NCBI GenBank assembly: GCA_000002445.1
Contig: CP000067.1
Location: 1,526,433-1,590,432, forward strand
Source: Trypanosoma brucei
Taxonomy: Eukaryota
Length of the DNA: 64,000 bases
Direction: 5' to 3'
A model generated the notes under the pieces. The model was not told the DNA's origin and made no database searches. It worked only from the letters and a program-made list of their open reading frames with translations. A program made the position numbers and the translations under genes. Below, piece by piece: positions 23,588 to 35,118 of this stretch (within the stretch, counting starts at the first letter, position 1; the number at the start of each line of letters is the position of its first letter).

Positions 23588-26500
23588 GGATCCCTGGCGA
23601 TGCTGGCCACATCAACGTGGTGCCAGGGTCCAGTACCCCGTATCATCGGGGCAAGCCAAGAGCCAGCAGCGTTCTTCTCATGGGGAACACTGCTGTGCTC
23701 CGGCTACGGCATCATACAGCACAGGGATCAGCAGCGTCTTGCTGGGACACCGTTCTTCATTTGTCGGTCCCTGGGCACGTGCCAGCGTGCCATCAGCAGT
23801 ATCATCCGCACTAAGATGCTGCTGTCCGGTGATGTGGAAGAGAATCCCGGCCCGTCGTTGTGCGGGATGCAGTGGAACTGCGCCGGGCTAACTCAAGGAA
23901 AGAGATTAGCACTCCACAAAACCCTTGTTGATGAGCGGATCGCCTTTTGTCTGTTGAGCGAGACAAGAATGACGCCTGGAGAGGCGGCTTGCTTTAGCGT
24001 TGCTGGCTACCAACATCACGGAATAGCTCTTAACTGCAAAGGAGGTTGTGTATCAATACTAGTGAGGGAGGGCCTACCAGTCGAGACCGGTATGGCCGTT
24101 GTTGGTCGCATTGAACAAGTGCATGCAGAAATTCACCTTGCACGTGGAACGGCGCTGTATTCTCCTTATAGAGATCACCATCACATATTTTTCGACGTTA
24201 TCGTTGGAGACGACACAGATGCACTGAGCTGCCCGCGGCCTCGAAAGCCCATGTACGCATGGTTAAAAGCTGACTGGAGGAATTTCCGTCTCAAGGTTGA
24301 CGAGCTCTGCAGGAAAATTGGTAGAGAGAATAACGTCAACACCCTGAAACAGAAATTGAGCTTCGACATCTGCATTGCAACGAAGGTCTCCGTCCCCCGT
24401 GGCTGCAGAGCAACGCCACCACATTGGACACTTGAGCTCGCGAAACTCGATGAAGAGATCGCTGGATGCGGACCCTCCCACCGAAGGGAAAAGTTGGTAG
24501 CCACGCGTAAGCAGATCCTGGACCGTACCACAAAGAAGAGATGGAGCACGCTATGCTCCAGACTTGCGGTGTCAGACCGCTGCAGTTGGCACATTGTCAA
24601 GAAGGTATATGCGCCACGACCACTAACAACACCGGCTGTACTTGTTGATAACGCGGCCATAACGGACTACCGTCAAGCTGAGAGGTTCAGTAAACTGTAC
24701 TCGTCCCGCGCAACAAGGCACCCCGACTCACACCCACAAGCACACATAAAGACGATAGCGAGTGAGTTTAGTCCCATCACGATGGCTGAACTACGGAGAT
24801 CGATCAAACTGCTACCGAGTGGATCCGAAGCCGGACCTGATTGCTTATACAACGAGACACTGCAACATATCGGTAGAACAGCGCTGAATGTTGTTCTGAG
24901 GCTATTCAGTGAGAGCCTACGAACGGAAGTCGTGCCGTCTGCATGGAAGACTGGTGTTATCATCCCCATCCTGAAGGCCGGAAAAAAGGCGGAGGACCTC
25001 GACTCTTACAGGCCTGTGACGCTCACGAGCTGTCTCTGCAAAGTCATGAAGCGCATAATTGCCGCGAGACTTAGAGACACTGTTGAGTCCCAGCTGACGC
25101 CGCAGCAATCAGGCTTTCGCCCCGGATGCTCAACGCTCGAACAACTCCTGCACGTCCGCGCTGCCCTCTGCCGTCCCACGCACCAATCTCATACGGGTGC
25201 TGTATTCGTCGACTACGAGAAGGCATTCCATACAGTAGACCACGACAAAATTGTGAGGGAAATGCACAGAATGAAGGTATCACCCCACATTGTGAAGTGG
25301 TGCGTATCATTTCTGAGTAACCGAACTGGCAGAGTGAGATTCAAGGAGAAGCTTTCCAGAAGCAGAACATTTTAGCGAGGAGTGCCACAAGGAACTGTCC
25401 TTGGCCCAATCATGTTCATTATTGTCATGAACTCGTTGAGCCAGCGCCTTGCAGAAGTGCCGTTACTGCAGCACGGATTCTTTGCAGACGACCTGACGCT
25501 ACTTGCGAGGCACACAGAGAGGGATGTCATCAACCACACACTGCAATGCGGTCTAAACGTGGTGTTACAGTGGTCAAAAGAGTACTTCATGTCTGTCAAC
25601 GTAGCGAAAACAAAGTGCACACTCTTCGGGTGTATAGAGCGCCACCCCCTTACATTATAACTGGACGGCGAAAGAATAGGAGCTGACAGGACACCGAAGC
25701 TTCTAGGAGTAACATTCCAGTGTCTGCAAGGGATGGCAACACATGCGACCGAAACGAGACGCAAGATGGACTTCAGACTACTGCAGATAGCAGCCATCTC
25801 AGCTTCTACATGGGGGCCAAGACGACAAGTACTGAGAGCTTTTTATCTAGCACTCGTACAGGCACACACCATGTATGGCGTTGAGGTATGGTACTGGGAC
25901 GCTTCGGAACGAAGTCGCGACCTCCTTGCATCAGCACAACACAAAGCCAGTCGCATCATAGCCGGCATACCGCATGGGACGCGCAAAGAGGACTCTCTGC
26001 TGGAAGCAAACCTCCTGCCACTCAAGACGACCACTCCTGTGCGCAGCATGAAATTCATGCTGATGTGTGAGTCACGAGGCGGATGTTTGCACCGCAGTGC
26101 TGAGGAAGTATACCACAGCAAACATCCAGTCAGAGCCCTACATTCCCGCATCATGCGGTCCTACCCCCATCTCCACATTAAGCCACGCGAGCACCCACTA
26201 GAGACATCGACGCTCCGCCACAGCTGCCGACCGCTATTTCACACGCAGATAAAGCCTGTGTGCGCTGATGACCCTGACGATGTCAAAAGGGAGGTTTCCG
26301 AAAAGTGGATTGCACGGCATTTTGCACGGAGGGGGAAGGAGCCACCACGGCGAGAGCACTACGAATTGTGGACTGATGGATCCGTGTCCCTCGGTGAGAA
26401 GTCCGGAGCAGCTGCCCTGCTCTACAGAAACAACACGCTGATTTGCGCACCCAAAACCGGAGCAGGGGAACTCTCATGCAGTTACAGAGCGGAATGCGTA

Positions 26501-28277
26501 GCATTAGAGATAGGACTGCAACGGCTGCTGAAATGGCTTCCGGCATACAGAAGCACACCGAGCATGTTGTCCATCTTCTCTGAGTCGCTGTCAATGTTAA
26601 CAGCACTGCAGACAGGCCCCCTAGCCGTAACGGACCCAATTCTAAGACGACTATGGAGGCTTCTGCTTCAAGTTGAGAGAAGGAAGGTGCGTATCCGACT
26701 GCAATTTGTATTTGGTCATTGTGGCGTGAAACGGAATGAGGTTTGTGATGACATGGCCAAAAAGGCCGCTGATTTACCACAGTTGCGAGACACACGGATC
26801 CCTGACATCATTTCTTATGCGAAGCGAGTGCTCAGGTCGGAAGAAGTCCATGAGAACACTCATAGGTTTGGTATCACGGGCAACCACTTTCCAACAAAAC
26901 ATAAGGAAGAACTGACGAGGGAAGAAGAAACGGCACTGGCACGCTTTCGGGTTGGGTCTTAAAGACACTATGGATGGATGTTGCGAAAGATCAACCCGAG
27001 TGTGCCTCCACAGTGCCGATGGTGCAACCCGCAACATGCAGAGATAGGGCCAACAATACAAACGGCCCCACCTGTTGCGACACGCACTCTTCAGAGAATC
27101 TCCGATCCGACCAAATGTACGGAATGTGATGCCACATACCAATGCCGCTCGAGTGCTGTAACGCACATGGTAAACAAACATGGCTTTGTGCGAGCTGATG
27201 CCCTCCGGAGGATCAAATACGGCGATGCAACACCTGCAGTGGACATCCCCCCGGAGCCCCCTCCAGTGCTGGCGATCGTTCCTCTACCATCGAGCACACG
27301 AGTCCCGATGAGACCGCAGGTGCTTCATTGTACCCTTCTGTGCCTCCAAATTCGCAGTGCCAGGCCGACTATTACACCACCTTAGAACAATACATGGCAT
27401 AGGTAGCGGTAGTTGCCGCGTGAAAAGGGGGCGAGAGAACGAGTACTCATTGCAAGGAGATGGTAGAGCCCCAGCAGCGCCAGCCCCTCAGGATACACGG
27501 AAGCTGCCGTTTCAATGTGACCTGTGCGAGGCGAGCTTCGGTACACGCTCTTCCCTGTCACTACACAAGAAATTCAAACATAAAAGCATAGTGACTGAGG
27601 ACGGTACCGTGGTGTTGGTGCAATTCCCTCGTAAGCGTGCCCGTGAGGGAAACGTTGACGTCCCGGGGAAGGGCGAGGTGCAGTGTGGTGTGTGCCAAAA
27701 AGTGCTCAGTTGCAGGGACTCCCTCATCCGACACTGTAAGGCTTTCCATAAAGGTGAGGGAGCCGAGCTTAAATGCAGCAAAAGCACAAAATTGCGTGCC
27801 ACTGATTCCCCGCATACAAACACATCCATGTTGGTGTGCCCGACATGCGGAAGGCAGTGTGCTAGCAAAACTGGCCTCACCCTACATCAAAAGAAGATGC
27901 AAGGTATGAAGGTAAAGCACACTGTTATCAACCAACGCGGCGACTGCGAAGAAACGTCGCTGCACTTGATGAGCTGTCCCGGTTTGAAGGAGTTACGTGT
28001 CAGGTTTGCGGTAGAAGGCGTGTGTGTGCAGGATGTATGTTTCTCTAAAAGGTTGGCACAGTTTCTCATTGCGGTTGAACGGAGCCGGCCACAGGTGAAG
28101 TCCTCATTTAAGGTAACAGTCATACAACCCACTCTCCCTTCTGCAACTTCCCCCCTTATTACCGAGTGTGGAGCTAGCAGGAAAAGCACCGGACGCAGGA
28201 ATAGTCCAGACACCCTTACAGACAGAGGGGGTATGCAATCAACAAGCAACAGAAACAGAAAGAGGGGGAGAGAATAA
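23579..28277 (+). pseudogene. ingi polyprotein ORF (AP-endonuclease / reverse transcriptase / RNase H / C2H2 zinc-finger), disrupted by three in-frame stops (after 25375, 25660, 26962) and one frameshift (about 27357-27385)
   Basis: ORF-track segments 23579-25375, 25382-25660, 25733-26962 and 26978-27385 share one frame. 27357-28277 (CDLCEASFGTRSSLSLHKKFKH; CGVCQKVLSCRDSLIRHCKAFH; CPTCGRQCASKTGLTLHQKK) is in another frame. Confidence 0.8.
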
Positions 28278-28550
28278 TAAACGAATAACAAAAATCAAAA
28301 CAAAAGGATTGCTAATTGACATCTTTTGGAGAGTCCGGGGTGAGGGGGGCTTCTCGCCCCTTCTGCTGTATTCCGTTCAACTGTAGAGCTACAACAAAAA
28401 TTATAGAGGGTGTGTTAGGATGAATAAAAAAGGGAGACTCTGCCACAGTCGCCAGACCGATAGCATCTCAGGGCTCTACGGTGATGGCTGATGGCCGCGC
28501 CAGTGGGGGGAAACTCCCACGAAGGCACGAAGAAAATTCCAAAAAAAAAA
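23588..28550 (+). mobile_element. ingi non-LTR (RIME-flanked) retrotransposon, degenerate copy, about 4.96 kb, ending in poly(A)
   Basis: The 5' end GGATCCCTGGCGATGCTGGCCACATCAACGTGGTGCCAGGGTCCAGTACCCCGTATCATCGGGG matches the remembered RIME/ingi 5' terminus. The 3' end is ...GAAAATTCC(A)10. The internal ORF encodes endonuclease, RT (FFADDLTLLAR), RNase H and C2H2 zinc fingers. Confidence 0.85.
23831..23854 (+). other. 2A-like ribosome-skipping peptide motif DVEENPGP within the ingi ORF N-terminal region
   Basis: GATGTGGAAGAGAATCCCGGCCCG translates to D-V-E-E-N-P-G-P, in the context SSIIRTKMLLSGDVEENPGPS. This matches the 2A-like sequence reported for T. brucei TSR1/ingi. Confidence 0.8.
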
Positions 28551-28692
28551 TTAACTTTTCATGTGACATCCCGGATTTTTACTCCTCTAAAAGGTTGATA
28601 AACCGCTTGAACCGGGGGTTGAAGTTTATTACTCACACTTGTTGGTTATTTTTCTCGAAATTACATTCAAAATAACATTGGATTGCATTTTC

Positions 28693-28736
28693 TTCTGTCT
28701 CTCTGTCTCTCTCTCTATATATATGTATATCTCTCT
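28693..28736. repeat. (TC)n/(TA)n compound simple repeat
   Basis: CTGTCTCTCTGTCTCTCTCTCTATATATATGTATATCTCTC. Confidence 0.8.
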
Positions 28737-30249
28737 TAAAAACCTTAAAATACTTCAATCTCTCACATTTGCAGGTCATGGCGTTGTGTGGATAACTTCT
28801 TCTGCCACCATGGCTCTAAGCACAACTTTAGCAACTATTGTAGCTGCTTTGGTCAACGACTGATAAGTAAAGTTCAGCTGGTTTCCAATTAGCTGCATTA
28901 CTGTCCTCCTTTTTACCTGCAGTTCATGCGTTATGGCTGGTTATAAATCTGAAGGTAGTTTCGCGCCGTTTATTGTTTATTATTATTTTTCGATATATAT
29001 GGTCTTGTTGTTGTGTGTGATAATGCAGTTTGAATTCTTTTTATATGGACGACTCTTTAGTGTAAAACCAATTTTTCGCAGGTGACAGATTTATTTGTAA
29101 TTCAAAACTCCAATTTATCTCCATTTCAAGGTTGCAACACATCTTCATCCCTCATCCATTAAATTCCCATCTATGTTTCATTATCTCATCTAGTTATCGC
29201 TCCAACCATCGAAAACGTTATATATCAAAATTTTAAATTTTATCTTTTTTAGCCGTATCTATTTTCCACATTTTCATCTATGCTTGTTATTTTTAGAATA
29301 ACAAATACCAGCAGGCTTTTTTGTGGAAACAACTCCATGCCTGTTTGTGGTGCGTATCGTGCTGCTGTGAGGCCAAAAGAGGCTTAATGCCTGGAAAATT
29401 GAGGCTACAAAGTGCTTTAAAGCTGATTTTTGTTTTTTGTGCTGCTATATGCTGGTCAAGCAACCACTTTTTAATTAATTACTCGCTCCTTCAAACGTTT
29501 TGATCTTTATCCAGTATACCAATGTTGAATAAAGTAACATACCCATCGATCCTCTATACTTCATAGACTTCCTTCATCTCTTCATATGTTTTCTATTTAA
29601 AAAATCCTTATTCTTATTTTAATTCTGCTGTCAACGATTATCCATTAGTAGTCCTGGTTTTAAAATTTTCTCCCACTCGTATTATGTCTGGTCCACAAGC
29701 GTTAGCACTTATTACTATATCTGCATAGAAGAAGAATTTAACATTACTTTACACCTACTTAATTTTTCTTTTTGCTTCCTTTTCTTCACAAATAAATACC
29801 AGTATCTGCCTTCAGATTAAAATATATGACTTCCACTATCTCTGTAGTAGCATCTATACTTTCTTGAGTAAAGAACAGTGTATTATCTGCTCCTCCCAAT
29901 GTATTACTTTTTTGCTGTGATCTGGTGTCTGCTGTTCAGTTGGTTTATTACATATTTTCCTTTCGTATTTTTCGTAAAATGTTTATATTTCTGCAGGAAA
30001 CGAAGAAATGACATTTCCTCGTGCACTTGCTCCTGTCTCTCCGTTATCTTACATGTGTAATGAAGATTATCGTCGTGCTCTATTTGAAGTTGTGTATGTA
30101 AAATCTCCATTCCCTCTTTTGCTGCCTTTCCTTCAATAATATTCATCGCGCTCTATCTCAAACACGCTCATAAACTTTCTTTGCACCCTTGCAATTGTTT
30201 CAAGTGCTTATATCATGGCCATCCTTTTTCTCTCCGCCATCATCTTTTT

Positions 30250-30325
30250 CATAATAGTAATATATGCACACTAACCAGACTCTCTTATCATCATTATTTC
30301 TATTACCGTATTACTGTTAAGACCC
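30250..30325 (-). repeat. 70-bp repeat unit (degenerate)
   Basis: TAATATATGCACACTAACCAGACTCTCTTATCATCATTATTTCTATTACCGTATTACTG. Confidence 0.4.
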
Positions 30326-30563
30326 TAATTAGTATTCATAAAAAACAAAGTAAACCTAATTAAAATAGCACTCACTTTTTACACCCTATGACCATACTAC
30401 TTTGCACCCACATGTATGCCACTTTCATTCAAAATTTAAAAAATTTTCTATAATTTTCATATTTCATTAAAAATTGTTGAAATATATCAAATTTTACCAA
30501 ATTTAGCAAATTCTACCAAATTTTCATAAATTTCACAGAATTGGGCTGAAATGCTTAAAATTC

Positions 30564-32290
30564 TCAAGATGACACCAAACTCATAAAAATAGCAGCGATC
30601 AGGGGAATTTTGTTATTCACAATAAAACTACAATTTCGGCGTTTTTCTTTCTCTTTGTCATCCTCGTTTTATTTTTCATTTATGAGTGCATAATTTTGTT
30701 TGTTTCCTTTTTTGTCATTTTCACAAGCGGTCTTATCAGTGCCTTTCTTTGCACAACTAAATGCTCCTGCTGTTTCTATTTTTCTTTCCGTTCTTGCAGA
30801 TGCTCTCTACGGTTTTAGCTATGCATTATTTTTTGTGTCACATTCGCAGCCCGCGGCCGTGCATCCTTCTGCTGTTTTGTTGGTGGCAGCCTTGCATTTA
30901 TTCTGTTTTTCTGCTGTTGGTTGCTTGTTGACTGCTGCGTCGACTGAACCTTGAGCTCGTTCAACAAATTTTCCAGCATCAAAGCTATTATCATTTGTTG
31001 CTCCAGATCGTTTGCTGCGCTTACCAACGCCGTTGCTTCCTGTGCTGTATATTTTGTTTCATCTAGCTTTGCGACTACTTTCCGCGCCGCTTCCACCCAA
31101 GGTATGCCAGTCTGGCTTCCCAGAAACTTCTTGTAGTTGACGCAGATGCCTTTGCTCGCCGCTCCTATCACATCCCCATTACTTTGAGTATCAACGCAGT
31201 CGGGTTCTCCGTTGTGCAGGCCGTGTGCTACCAGAATTGTGTTTGCGCGTTAGGGGCCGTTGCCGAGATTATCGCTCCTTTCCCTCGGCTGGCGAAGATT
31301 ATGCTGATCTGATTTTCCACTGTTTGTGCAGTGAGCGCGGGGTCCTTTTCATTGATGCTTTTGATGCATTCGCCGTGTTTTTTTTTTCCAGTCGTTGGCT
31401 GCAGCTGTTTGTGTGCCTCCTATTGTTAGGCCGCTTAATGCCGCTGAGAAACAAAAGTTGGTCGTGTGGCTGTTGCTACCTTCGCATAGGTATGCAATAT
31501 TCGTTGCAAGGCAGCCGCCGCCTTTGCCCGGTTTGCCGTCCGCTGCTGATCCTGCGCAGATAGATGAATGCTATACTGCTGCTGGCCGCAGAAAGTCGCT
31601 CTCCGCCGGCTGGTTTGTCCAGGGTTCTGCTGCCTTAAGTTGTTCTGCCGTTGTGAATTTTCTGCGTAACCTTCACCGTAGAGTGCTTTGATCGCCGCTT
31701 TTCTGCCTCTTTTCTGCCACTTTCTGCCACTTCTGCCGCTGTAATTTCCTTCCTTTTCACGTTTGTCGCCCTTTTTTTTGTTGCAGCGCTCGGTCCGTGC
31801 ATTGGCGAAATACTGGCCTCAGCTGCTTGCGTTTATATTCCGGTAAAGGTAATTCGAATTTTGAGTTAAATCCTTTTCCGTTGTCGTCTGCCTTCGTTAG
31901 ATCTTCGTAAACGCTGCGCATCTCCTCAACTTCTTTAAAGTCGCCGCTTTCGAAATAACCGTCCTTTTTAGCGTCTTTAATTTTCGACCATTCGCTGTAT
32001 TTGTTTTTTTCTTTCAATACTTCTTCCTTGTCAGGTTGCAAAACGGTTAGGTTAAGCTTCTTGATTCTGGCGATAATGCCGTTCATAGCTTGTCCAATCG
32101 GTACGTTATTTTCTGGCTTGTCTGGTGGTTGATCGTTGACTGACACAGTCGGCATCGGTTTGCTTTAAAGCTTGAAAAGCTCACACAAATCTCTAAATTC
32201 TTTTGAATTTTCTTGTGCTGGTGCTGCGTGCTTCATTAGCGATACAATTATAACGAGTGCTGCAAGGCAAAACCGCGGTTTCTTCATCAT
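30564..32290 (-). pseudogene. VSG pseudogene with an atypical N-terminal region (signal peptide MMKKPRFCLAALVIIVSLMKHAAP..EFRDLCELFKL, in-frame TAA, then a Lys/Glu-rich 132-aa segment; frameshifts; conserved EKQNKCKAATNKT C-terminal-domain junction; GPI signal NCSFIVNNKIPLIAAIFMSLVSS)
   Basis: Minus-strand reading of 32160-32290 gives the signal peptide followed by a stop. ORF 31757-32155 follows in the same frame. ALYGEGYAENSQ is read from 31560-31700. ORF 30815-31171 (GICVNYKKF..). The C-terminal domain and GPI signal lie in 30564-30815. Confidence 0.6.
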
Positions 32291-34734
32291 AGTTTTTTTT
32301 TTGCTATAACAAAATAATAAAGTTTAAAGTGCACTTGCAAAAAGTGTAAAAATATTATTTGTGAAACCTAGGGGGCTCCTTATGAAAGGATATCAACACC
32401 GTGCTTTATAAACAAGAAAGTCAACATCTGCTCCGTTACTCTTATCAAATGAGTCACATGTAACTAAATATCGTGGAAAAACAAAGGTTTAACCTTTGAA
32501 AATTTCCAGGGAGGACATAAAAAACAACTGGTGTCATTTTTTAATTAATAAAATCCATATAAACATATATTTACAGTGCACGCAAAGATAAGATTCCATT
32601 AAATACGTAAATATAAGAAACTTAACATTTCAACAATTAGGGTTGTATGAAGCGTTACTGCTGTGTGCAACGGCAAAAAGAGAAATATTAAGAGCTTTTA
32701 AAAGATCAACGTCTATGTTAAATAAAGGCGGTCTACATCTGCTACAGCTCTCCAAAACAAAAAACTATATGTTTAGTCCTCTTTGCTGCCAACAAGGGTT
32801 AACCACATAAGTCAAGATAAATATAGAAAGCCATATTACAGAAGCTCTACCATGACCTAAATCTTGTACTTCAACAAGTCTCCGATATAATTTAAAATTA
32901 TATATCAGTCTACATCTATTGTATCTATTTGTTACTCATTTCTGTCCCGCAGTTTTTTTCAAATATCACACATATTTTTTATTTCTTGAAATTAAAACTT
33001 TATGTCTTGTAGTCTGTGTTAGTGCAGGCTAATTCCTTCATTGGACACGTTATGTCAGTAACAATAAAATATCCGTGTTTAGGCCGTGTCCATGGCATTT
33101 TATGAGATTCCTTGGACCACTGGCTCCTTTTATGATGTTTCCATTAACTTTTTTGTAGTTTGATCCCTTTCTTCAACAGTTTTGTCTCCTTCTACATTTT
33201 TATTGCCTTAATTGGTGAGGATCGTTCTTCGTGCTGGTACGGAGCACTTGTACCTTGGGAGATCTTAATGTCTGTCCAGTACAAAAATGCAGAATTGGAT
33301 GAATATCATCATCTATTTTTCCACATTATAAACCTTCTCTAAATACTTATTAATACACTAGGTTAAGCGGTTACAGTAATTTTATTTTTCTTTCCACCAT
33401 TGTCTATCATCAATCGAATTTTTATACTTCTAGAATATTACACTGTTGATGACAGGTGTTGACAATTATTACTTTATCTTGTGAAAAGAAGAGTCAATAT
33501 TACTTCATACTTTTCAGTCCATTTCACCTCCAGTTGCTTCTTCTGCGTAGATGGACATTATGGTCAACCATCGTTTTTAAAGTCACAATCACTACTATCA
33601 TCTCTGAAGTACCATCTATCTATTTTGAGAGAAATATGTTTTTTTGAGGCTTGCCGGTTGATCGCACTGATCATTTTTAATTTCCTTTGTAGTCACACCT
33701 TCTAACTGTACAGCCAATTCAGGTCCATACTATATGTGTCTATCATCTTACTTTTTTCGCATGGACATTATGAACATTGAATAAGAGTCGCCGCTACTAG
33801 TTTCTTTGATACTACTTCCCTTTGGAACTTAAGTACTCCTGTTTCTTCCATTTGAGCTATTTATTTTTAAACTTGTGTGCTATATTTTGACTCCTTTTAA
33901 ACATAGCGATACAGAAAGCTTTAGGGGAACAAGAACCTTGTGTAGAACAGCTAGGCTACTGTGGTTTCTATAAGCTAAGGTGGATTCAATCAACCTCTAT
34001 TAAATCATTTTGCTTTTAGTCTGCTGCCTCCGTCATTTAGGACGAACTTTCCTCACCTCTACCTGTCTTCGTTTTAGAAAAACAACAAAATACTTGATTC
34101 TATTCAATAACCTTGACAGTTACCGTGAGTGTAAAGGGGTACTAAGTGTCAGTGTGTCTTGGCTACTTTTGAAGAAATACCACTTTTTTTGTTTTCAACG
34201 TTTATACTTCAGTGCATATTTCCGTTTACTGCCAGTCTTTCAAAATCCGGTGTTTTTTCTAGTTTCTGCAAGTTTTTGTTGAAATAATCAACTGATTCAG
34301 TTGGTACAAGATATTATTTGCGCTTTACTTCCAGTGAAGGGCACGCATTTAAACGAATAATATATCCTTTAGGTAGTAAATTTTCTGAAACAGTGGCGGT
34401 CACTGATCCAGATGTTTCGGTGTCTATTTTTGTTTTTACCATTTTGTCTCCTGCCAATGTTTGTTCAGATAACGTAATAACGCCATTTGACATTGCAATG
34501 AACTCTCTCCCTCTCTATCATTGTCTTCTATATTATTTCTTTGTGTATAATGATGCCCCTATCCAAATTTATATTTGCAACTGCGTCTGTTCTATATACC
34601 ATCTCTCTTTCTGTATTTTAGAGTTTTCTCTAATAATGTAAGTCATGCTATCTCTTTTACTTATTTACTCCCATTGCGACCTTACCGTCATTTTAAGTGA
34701 TCGTATTGTGTTACCTCATCTATTCTCCACCACA

Positions 34735-34830
34735 AGTCTTATTATAACATTCGTATACACACACTCCCACAACATTCTCCTGTGAATATTATTACCATTA
34801 TTATTATTACTACTTTTATTATAATACGAG
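34735..34830 (-). repeat. 70-bp repeat unit
   Basis: CTTATTATAACATTCGTATACACACACTCCCACAACATTCTCCTGTGAATATTATTACCATTATTATTATTACTAC. Confidence 0.7.
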
Positions 34831-35118
34831 TGCATTCACATTTACATTTTATTCCGCTACAACTATAAACCTGTTTGATATGCGTATAGTAACCCCAACT
34901 AATAGCCATAAAATAAACAGAATAAACCAAATTAAAACTGCAGTAATTTTTGATACTCTATCACATTACTACTTTTCTCCCACAATCCACAGTCATACAT
35001 ATTTTTCAAGTTCTTCAAAAGTTGCACGTTTTGAAAAGTGTATACAAAAGTGTATACAAAAGCGTTGAAGTATGTAAAATATTTAAAAATGTTAGCAATT
35101 TCATAAATTATATAAATC

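Noticed and set aside
23570..28570. Search for a target-site duplication flanking ingi
   Set aside because: Compared the 20 nt before 23588 with the 20 nt after the poly(A) at 28550. No shared run of 8 or more nt was found, so no TSD is annotated (see the finding on rearrangement).
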